This document shows positions 9,027-17,204 of a stretch of DNA of 64,000 nucleotides, piece after piece. Origin of the DNA: an uncultured Verrucomicrobiota bacterium (GTDB taxonomy: Bacteria > Verrucomicrobiota > Kiritimatiellia > CAIQIC01 > Lenti-01); contig CAZYGH010000010.1 of NCBI GenBank assembly GCA_964647595.1, forward strand, positions 20,362 through 84,361, read 5' to 3'. Numbering within the stretch: the first letter of the stretch is position 1; each line of letters starts with the position of its first letter. Made by a program: the position numbers and the translations under genes. The notes below the pieces were generated by a model, which worked only from the letters and a program-made list of their open reading frames with translations, made no database searches and was not told where the DNA came from.

Positions 9027-9802
9027 AGGTGGTGGGAATCGATGCGGGATCGCGGACGATCAAAATCGTCCTCTATGACGCGGAGCAACGGCGGGTGTTG
9101 GGCCGTCGCCTCTGCGACCAGGGCGTCCGGCAGGAAGCGCTTGCGGCGGAACAACTCGACGCGCTGTTGGCGGAGTTGGGGCTGGCTCGGAATCATCTCC
9201 GGCGCATCGTGGCCACGGGCTATGGACGGGCGGCACTTCCTTTCGTCCATGAAACCATCACGGAGATCACGTGCCATGCGCGCGGCGTTCGCGAGCAAAC
9301 GCCAGAGGCGGAGATGGTGATCGATATCGGGGGACAAGACAGCAAGGCCATCTGGATCGATTCGCACGGAGAGGTGCGGGATTTTGTGATGAATGAACGG
9401 TGTGCTGCAGGAACCGGGCGGTTTTTGGAAGTGCTGGCCGCTCGACTGAACATCGCTGTGAACGATCTTGGCGCTCAGGCGGCGGGGAGTGTTTCTCCGG
9501 TGCCGATCAATAGCACGTGCGTGGTGTTTGCCGAAACGGAAATTGTGGGATTGTTGGCTAACAACACAGACCCGAAAGACATTGCCGCCGGGGTATTGAA
9601 ATCGATGGCGGCACGCATGGCCTCGATGATCGGCCGTCGTGCCAAGGAACCCATTTTGCTGACTGGCGGAGTGGCGCGAGTTCATGGAATGGCCGATCGG
9701 TTGGCAGAGGCCATGGGTTGTCCGATTCGCATTGCGCCGGATCCAGAATATACGGGTGCGTTGGGTGCGGCGTTGCTGGCGGCGGCTGGCTTGTGCGCCT
9801 GA
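9023..9802 (+). CDS. CoA-substrate-specific enzyme activase (BadF/BadG/BcrA/BcrD / HgdC ATPase family)
   Basis: MKVVGIDAGSRTIKIV... acetate/sugar-kinase-like ATPase, and two Cys that would bridge the 4Fe-4S cluster. ATGA overlap with the upstream gene. Confidence 0.85.
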   Translation: MKVVGIDAGSRTIKIVLYDAEQRRVLGRRLCDQGVRQEALAAEQLDALLAELGLARNHLRRIVATGYGRAALPFVHETITEITCHARGVREQTPEAEMVIDIGGQDSKAIWIDSHGEVRDFVMNERCAAGTGRFLEVLAARLNIAVNDLGAQAAGSVSPVPINSTCVVFAETEIVGLLANNTDPKDIAAGVLKSMAARMASMIGRRAKEPILLTGGVARVHGMADRLAEAMGCPIRIAPDPEYTGALGAALLAAAGLCA

Positions 9803-9808
9803 ACGGCG

Positions 9809-11752
9809 TCACAATTCTAGTTGGCGGTCGATCCATTCCATCCACCACGTCAAAACGCTTCGGACGAACAGCAGGAACTGTTGCCAGCGTGTGGGATGGG
9901 CGGGTCGCGGAGGAGTGGAGAACGGTTTGGGGTGCTCAAAGGTCTGTTGGACGGCGGATTCGCTGGCGGCCGGCAGCGTGAAATCCTTCGGGTTCATTGT
10001 GCAAAGGAAAGGTCCCGGCTTGTAGTTGCCGACGATTCGATACGCTCCAGGAGTGAGGTGGCCACTCCATGTGGCCGAACAGGAGAATCCTCATCCATAC
10101 TCGAACGAGCCGGAAGTGATTCGTTCCCCATCGGGTTTGATGATCCGATAGGTGGGCTCCTCGGGGCGGTTCGTGTCGCGCTTGGCCAACTTGTGCTGCG
10201 TATGGGTTCCAGAGATTCGGCGAAGATCGGTGATCTGCTCGTTGACTGAACCGATTAAATTAAAGGTGATCCTCAAGGCCCCTTTGGCGACGGCTTGCTG
10301 GAGAGACCAATCGGCAATGGAAATGACCGCTTGCAGGGGTTCACCGATGGGCAGCGAGACGGAGCCATTCAGGGGCACGGTGATGGGGGAGGAGTCGCCG
10401 CTTCCCGTTGCGCGGAGGAGCCATTCGTCGCCCCATCCATCGGTTTTGATTTGCTGATAATCCATCAGGCGATACGTGCCTGAAGGGACGTCGATTCGTT
10501 CGCCAGTCCGAACCATCATGATCCCTCCGGAATCCGTTGTGGACAGCAAGGTCATCGAGCGGATGGGGGAGGGCAGTTCCAGGGTCCCGAGATCGGTCTG
10601 CCAAGGGGTCAGCGTCATGTGCCCGGCCGGGATGTCGATCTGGACCTCGAAAAGGTGATCCCCAAGAGCGAGATAACGGCCCAGCATAAGTCCATCAGTT
10701 GAGGCAATGCGAGCGGATGCGGCGATAAAGAAGGAGTCACCCTGTGCGTTCAATCGTTGTTTCGAATAGGGTCTGTCTTTTTCGAGAAGGGCCATTTGGT
10801 CAAAGGAACCGTTGGCGGTGGAATCGCCCAGCGCGACGCGGTAGCCGATTCCATCCAGCGCCAGTTCTCCCAGATAGGAGCAATAGGGCATGGCGAGTAC
10901 GCGCATGTTTCGCACCACTTCGGAATCTTCCAAGTCGCCAGACGGTTGTTCCGAAATGTTTCCGTTGAGACGAAGGTTGAGGCAATACGGCATGCGGTGT
11001 CCCCCCACATCGATTTCCAGATCGATGGCAGGGAATGAACAGTCGAAATAGCTGCTTTGGGAGAAGGTTCTGGCCTTGCCATCTAGGGGTTCGTCGTCCG
11101 TCAAATCGTGATTTCCATTCCGGTCGAAGTAGGCGCGTTTGTAGAGGGAGGTGGCGGCGGGTGGCTGGTCGAAGGCTGCGAGAAATGTCGATTGGCCCAG
11201 CGTGATGACCGTAAACAGAGGACGAGAGCCTTCGAAGTCCGGCAATTTCCAGTCGCCCGCCGGAGGGATAGTTTGAAGCGGACAAAAGGCATACCCGACG
11301 GGTCGAGAGGAAGAGCCGTTTTCTGAGTATCGGTCGTAGAAAAGCGGAACTTCGATTCTTTGCTCGGTTGTGCTGGCGTGCTGTTGACGGGCACGAAAGG
11401 TGTCGAGATCGTCTGGAATGACAAGGATCGAACTCGACCGGCCCCGTTTCTTACGAGTTTCGCCGGAACTTTTCCAGTCGAGAAGCCACTTTTCCTCGAC
11501 CTTGAAATTGTAGGTATAGGTGCCGTCGTCCAAGGTCAACGTTTTGCGCCAGATGCCGTTCTCGTTGGACATCCGGGAAGAATCGGAGATTTTTTCGTGG
11601 TTGAACGAGCCCACCAAATCGACGCGATCCGCTTCGGGCATCACGATGGAAAAATCGACCTCGTGCGATGCGGCGATGGAGGAGAGTGACAGCGCGAGAA
11701 AACAGGCCAAGCCCCCCCGGACTTTCTGTTCCGTTTTCCGTTGCGCTTTCAT
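9809..11752 (-). CDS. candidate selenoprotein, paralog 2: signal peptide + CBM48/E-set-like N-domain + large domain ending FEYG-U(TGA 10091..10093)-GFSCSATW + 93-aa tail with a C-terminal hydrophobic helix
   Basis: ORF 10091..11788 (real start ATG at 11752, MKAQRK...) is in frame with ORF 9809..9997. The post-TGA peptide is conserved with paralog 3 at the amino-acid level, with synonymous differences. Confidence 0.6.
10056..10093 (-). promoter_or_regulatory. SECIS-like element: UGA + 14 nt + hairpin GGCCAC-AUGGA-GUGGCC
   Basis: Perfect 6-bp stem (plus-strand 10060..10076) with loop AUGGA at the same offset from the UGA as in paralog 1. Confidence 0.65.
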
Positions 11753-11797
11753 GAGGGGCAGGATGCTGGATGGAAGTGGAGGAGTCAAGTTGGCTTC

Positions 11798-13753
11798 CTA
11801 TGCAAGGAGTTGATCGATTCCCTTCACCAGACCTGCCAACAGCCAGCGAATGAAACACAGGAACCATTGCCAGAGGGTCCATTCGGCGGCGGGTGTCGTC
11901 GAGGGTAGGGTGGATGGAGTTTCGAATTCCTCGGCGTTTCCTATAGCCTTCGGAAGGATGAAATCATGCGGGGAAACCGTGCACGCAAAGGGACCCGCCG
12001 CATATTTGCATGCGATTCGGTATGGACCAGGGGTGAGGGGGCCACGCCATGTGGCCGAGCAGGTGAATCCTCATCCATACTCGAATGAGCCGGATGTGAT
12101 CAATTCCCCGTCGGGCTTAATGATTCGATAGGCGGGTTCCTTTGGACAGTTTGATTGGCGAACAGATGTTTCGTGCTGAGTGCGGGAGCCTGAAATACGC
12201 CGGAGGTCTGTAATGATTTCGTCTCGATGGCCGCGGAGCAAAAACGACATGCGTAGGGAACCGGCGGCCACCGCCCGTTCACGAGCAGAATCGGCGATTT
12301 TCACGAGGCTTTGCAGGGGTTCACCTACATCCAGATGGGCCGAGCCGTTGTTCGGAACGGCCACCGCAGGATTTTCGCCGCTTCCTGCCGCGCTGAGAAC
12401 CCACTGGTCTCCCCACGCGTCTTTCTTCAACAGGGAATACGTGAGCAGGCGCCATTCTCCGGACGGAACCGGGACTTTGTTCCCTGTGTCCACCATCATA
12501 AGACCTTTGCCCTTGGAGGAAATCAGGTTCATCGACTGCATGGAGTTGGGGAGTTCCAGAGTCCCCACATCACTTTCTCGAGGTTGCAAGAGGAGAGTGC
12601 CCCGTGGAAGGTCCAAATGAACATCAAAGAGATGATCGCCGACGATCAAGGAATTGCCAAAAAGAAGAGAATTTTTTCCCGAGAAATAGTTATTCCGGGT
12701 GATCAGGAAGGAATCGCCACGGGGATAGAGCCGTTGATTTGGCGTGTCTGCGCCTTCGGGGAGCTCGATGGTGTCTCCAAAGAGAGCATTGCCCGTGGCG
12801 TCGCCAAGCGCCACGCGATATCCAATGCCATCTAGCATAAACTCGCCCATGTAGGCGCAGGAGGGCATCGCGTAGAGAATCATGTTGCCCAGATTTCTCT
12901 CATCCGGCTGGTCTGACTCAGAAAAGGAGCCATTGAGGGTCAGGGTAAATCGATACGGTTGTACGCGGCCCTTTGCGGCCACTTGAATGTCGACGGGAGA
13001 AAAGGTGTAGTAAAAAGAACCCTCGCTAAAAGTGCGCTTGGAGTTGACCGCAATCGGTTCCTCATCGGTCAAGTCGCGATTTCCGTTTCGGTCAAAGTAA
13101 ATACGGTCATAGAAAGGCTCGTCTTCGTTTGTCTGATCCAGAATGGCTAGAAAGGTTGAACCACCCAGTTCGATAGGGCAATAGAGGGGTTCCGTTATGG
13201 TGAAGGCGGGAAACTTCCAATCGCCGCTGGGCGGCGTGGTGGCAAGAGGGTGATGTCCGTATCCCCCCGGACAATAGGCGGCGTTCTGCTCTGGAAAGGC
13301 CTGATAGAAAAGAGGAATTTCAATGCCTGCCTCGGTTTGGCGCGCTCGTTGAAAACGGGCGGAATATCCCGTCAGGTCTTCGGGGATGATCAAACGGGAA
13401 TGATAGATTCCATCCTCTTCTCTGATTAGCCGCAGACTTTTCCAGTCACTAAACGTATCCCGACCGGAATTTTCACCGCCCACCACCTTGAAGTAATAGT
13501 CAACGGTTCCTTCCTCCAAGGAGATTGTTTTTGTCCAGACGCCGTTTTCATTCTTCATCAGCGAATCGTCCGTCATTTCCCCATGATTGAAAGTGCCCAG
13601 AAGATAGACGCGTTCGGCATCGGGTAGGAGAATGGAGAAGTCGACATCCTGCGGGAGTGCGATGGAAGAGAGGACGGACGCGAGCAGGGCTCCGAGGCTC
13701 CAAAGAGCTTTCTGTTTCCGATGCAGATTCCAACTAGGTAGCGCCGCTTTCAC
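11798..13753 (-). CDS. candidate selenoprotein, paralog 3: signal peptide + CBM48/E-set-like N-domain + large domain ending FEYG-U(TGA 12071..12073)-GFTCSATW + 90-aa tail
   Basis: ORF 12071..13921. The probable start is the GTG at 13753, giving a signal peptide KAALPSWNLHRKQKALWSLGALLASVLSSIALP. The in-frame extension past the TGA to the TAG at 11798 was translated by hand and aligns with paralog 2. Confidence 0.55.
12038..12073 (-). promoter_or_regulatory. SECIS-like element: UGA + 14 nt + hairpin GGCCAC-AUGGC-GUGGCC
   Basis: Perfect 6-bp stem (plus-strand 12040..12056), same offset from the UGA. Confidence 0.6.
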
Positions 13754-13907
13754 GGGATGAAGAATGGAGCAAGGAGAGAATAGAGTCAAGATGGAGAAGA
13801 CCCCCCATAAACCGAATACCCCAACCCAAACGATGCCATCCGCATGGGGAAAGGAACGGGAGGCAGAGTCGGTTTCCGCGTGCGGAGCGCGTTCCACAGT
13901 GTGGAAA

Positions 13908-13939
13908 ACTTGAGCTATCACTTATAATTATAAGTGATA
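13908..13939. promoter_or_regulatory. perfect 32-bp palindrome GAGCTATCACTTATAA|TTATAAGTGATAGCTC in a divergent intergenic region
   Basis: Read directly from the sequence. Contains TATAAT-like hexamers on both strands. Lies between paralog 3 (minus) and the porin gene (plus). Confidence 0.5.
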
Positions 13940-13999
13940 GCTCGGAAGGCGCGGCTCTTCCCTTGACATGCCTCATTTTGAAAAGGTACGGTTTCCCTC

Positions 14000-15237
14000 A
14001 TGCGCATGCATAAAATGTCGTTTTCAGCCCTTCTTTTTGGGCAAATCCTAAGGCATGGGCCCCTTCATCGTTTCGCCCTTGCGGTATTTTTGTTAGTTCT
14101 TCCTTTTCGAGCCACTGCCCAGCAACAGGGTTCGCACGGCGCCTATCTTCACAGAGGCTTTGATGCGGCTTGCGACTTTCGGGAGTCTCTTCAATCGGGT
14201 CACGGTCTGGAGCTGGGAGGCTTGCTCAATGCGCAGTCTCAGTCGCTCTTAAGCAGCCCGTATAACAGCGGCAAGAATCGCAGTTCCGCATACTATTGGC
14301 TGCAGGCTGATAAAACCCTTTGGCCTGGTGCGAGCTTCATTGTCGAAATCGAAGGTGGCTGGGGGGAGGGACTGGATCGTCTGGTGGAAACATATTCCGT
14401 GTTAAACGGCAATGCCGGGGAACCTTCCACCTTGTACATTCCCAAAGCGTACCTGACCCAATCTTTGCTGGATGAACGGTTGACGATTTATGCCGGCAAG
14501 TTGGATTTGAGCAGCTGGTATGATCTGAACGATGTCGCGAACAGCAGCGATATTCAATTTCTTTCTTCCTCCCTGGTTTATAACTTGGCCATTCCTTTTC
14601 CTGCAAAAGGATTGGGCATGATGGCTGCTTTTTCACCCTCCGACGCGTGGTACATTCAGTCCGGTTTTTCCGATGCGCAAGCTGTGTCCACCCACACAGG
14701 CTTCGATACCGCGTTTGCAGACGATGCGCGAATGTTTGCCATCGCCGAAGCAGGATGGTGTCCCGTCATACGGGAGCGCCGCGGACACTACCGTTTTATG
14801 ATCTGGTACAATCAGCTCGAATATCCGCGTTTTGATGAACAGGGAGACGAAGCGGGAAGTCCGGGAGGGGCATTCAGCTTCGATCAGGGCATTCATGATG
14901 TGGTCACCCTGTTTTGCCGATATGGGAATGCGGATCCAGATGTTTACACAATCGAACACTTCTGGTCATGCGGTGCTCATTCACCCAATGTGTGCCTGTG
15001 CGTCCCAACGACGTGCTTGGATTGGCGATGGCTCAATCCATCTTGAGCAAGAAATATCGTGACAGCTTGGAGGAAAGTTCAGGACCGTCGGAAACGCTAT
15101 ATGAGGTATATTATTTGATGCCTTTTGGCGATTATGTGACCTGTACCCCGGTCGTGCAGTATGTTCACCATCCCCTCGGTGAGACGGATGCGGAAGCCGT
15201 GCTGACGGCCGGCTTGAGAATGGTGCTGTCATTTTAA
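14000..15237 (+). CDS. OprB-family carbohydrate-selective porin, apparently frameshifted near 14960-15010
   Basis: ORF 14000..15046 (signal peptide, porin-like body) and ORF 14914..15237 (…PVVQYVHHPLGETDAEAVLTAGLRMVLSF, a typical OprB C-terminus) are in different frames. Confidence 0.5.
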
Positions 15238-15250
15238 CAAGGAGAAAACC

Positions 15251-17047
15251 GTGAAGAATTCAAGTGTTATGGTTGCGACATGGATCGTGTATGCATTAAT
15301 GGTTTTGCTGGCGTCCCCGACATTCTCGGAAGAAACTCCCTCGGCTGCCTCTGAAAAACCGTATTATGAGACCACAAACGTTGACATTCCCATGCGGGAC
15401 GGCGTGGTGTTGAGGGCTGATATTCGACGCCCTGCCGCAGAGGGTAAATATCCGGTTCTGATTTTCCGAACCCCTTACGACAAGGAAGAGGGCGATCCCG
15501 ACAATGAGAAAACATTTAACGCAGCCGTCCAGCGCGGTTATGCCGTGGTCATTCAGGATGTCCGCGGACGGTTTGCATCGGATGGCGAATTCGTGCCTTA
15601 CGAAAATGAGGGACGGGATGGGTATGACACCATCGAATGGGCTGCGGTCCAACCCTGGTCTACCGGAGAAATTGGCACATTCGGCCTTTCCTATCCAGGC
15701 GCGGTTCAATGGCTGGCGGCGGTGGAGAATCCGCCGCATCTGAAAGCCATGGTGCCGGCCATGTGTTTTTCAACCCTGCGAGAATGCATCTATTTCGGTG
15801 GCGTGTTTGAATCCGCCTGGGTGAGCTGGATTTACAAGTATATCACGCCCGACATCCGCGTGAAAAAAGATTTGACGGGGCCCAAAACCATCGAAGAGGC
15901 AACCGTGGAATGGGGGCGCTTGGGTGGAACGGATTACATGCAAGGGTCGTGCCCGAGCTTGTTGATGCCCCATCTCCGTGATGCCGCGCCATTTTATTAT
16001 GATTGGCTGGAACATTCGCCCTATGACCCGTGGTGGAATTGGGGGGATGTGAATCGCAAGTATGACCAGGTGCAGGCGGCGGTGCTGAATCTTTCGGGGT
16101 GGTATGATGAACCCTACGGCACCCAGGGGGCCATTGCCAACTACCTGGGATTGCTCCAAAATCGAGTCGGCGCTGACCCTCGCACTCGGCTACTTATCGG
16201 ACCGTGGATTCACGGCGTAGACGCCACTGGCGCAGCCTGCGCAGGAAATCGCGTGTTTTCCGAATCCGCTCGACTGGACTACCATTCGGTGGTTCTGGAT
16301 TGGTTGGATTATTATGTCCGCGGGATTTCCAACAGCGTTCCATGTTGGCCGAATGTCATGGTATATTTAATGGGGCGGGAAGAATGGTTGAAGTCCGATG
16401 TGTGGCCGTTGCCGGAGATTTCCGGGCAACCCCTGTATTTTGGCGACCATGGGGCACTGGTTCCCTCCATCCCGGAGGAGGACGGGTTTAGTGCGTTTGT
16501 GTCAGACCCGGCCAACCCTGTGCGGGATGAGTTGGATACGAATTTTGGGGCTTATGACTTGCGTAGCCTTTCTGATCGCCCGGATGTTCTCACCGTGGAG
16601 ATGCCGCCGGTGGAAAACGATCTGGATGTCGTCGGCCACATCCTCGCGGAAATCTATGTTTCCAGCGACGAAGCCCCCGATTTTGATATTTATGCCAAAT
16701 TATTGGACGTAGCGCCGGATGGCACGGCGTTCAATCTGGAAAGTGCCGGCCACGAAGTCATTCGAGTCAGTTACCGGAATAAAACCGCAGATCGCCAACT
16801 GCTGAGCCCGAACGAAGTGGTGAAATTGTCGTTCGACAATCTGCTGACCGCCAACACCTTGAAACCGGGACATCGTTTGCGCGTCTGTCTTATGGCCTCT
16901 TGGTTCCCGACCTACTCCCGCAACCCGCAAAATGGTGAACTGGAAACAACGAGCGGAAACTGTAGGAAAGCCACCATTCGCATCCATCATGGCCCGCAAT
17001 ACCCATCCCGTCTGGTGTTGCCCGTCCATAGGGCGGAACAGCATTGA
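15251..17047 (+). CDS. CocE/NonD family hydrolase (S15 X-Pro dipeptidyl-peptidase-like), secreted
   Basis: N-terminal signal peptide, alpha/beta-hydrolase region (VLIFRTPYDKEE..., GLSYPG serine motif) and a C-terminal beta-sandwich. Confidence 0.8.
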   Translation: MKNSSVMVATWIVYALMVLLASPTFSEETPSAASEKPYYETTNVDIPMRDGVVLRADIRRPAAEGKYPVLIFRTPYDKEEGDPDNEKTFNAAVQRGYAVVIQDVRGRFASDGEFVPYENEGRDGYDTIEWAAVQPWSTGEIGTFGLSYPGAVQWLAAVENPPHLKAMVPAMCFSTLRECIYFGGVFESAWVSWIYKYITPDIRVKKDLTGPKTIEEATVEWGRLGGTDYMQGSCPSLLMPHLRDAAPFYYDWLEHSPYDPWWNWGDVNRKYDQVQAAVLNLSGWYDEPYGTQGAIANYLGLLQNRVGADPRTRLLIGPWIHGVDATGAACAGNRVFSESARLDYHSVVLDWLDYYVRGISNSVPCWPNVMVYLMGREEWLKSDVWPLPEISGQPLYFGDHGALVPSIPEEDGFSAFVSDPANPVRDELDTNFGAYDLRSLSDRPDVLTVEMPPVENDLDVVGHILAEIYVSSDEAPDFDIYAKLLDVAPDGTAFNLESAGHEVIRVSYRNKTADRQLLSPNEVVKLSFDNLLTANTLKPGHRLRVCLMASWFPTYSRNPQNGELETTSGNCRKATIRIHHGPQYPSRLVLPVHRAEQH

Positions 17048-17204
17048 TTGTGCTCCGCGCCAACGATGCCTGTTCGTGTTCCTACGGTTGTGCCTTTGCT
17101 GAGGACAAGCCTCCATGTAAATAATGAGCGTTGAATGCGCGGGGGTGGAGGGTTAGCATGGACGGGATCAACAAACTGAAACGCATCTTGGGGAAGCCTG
17201 TCTT

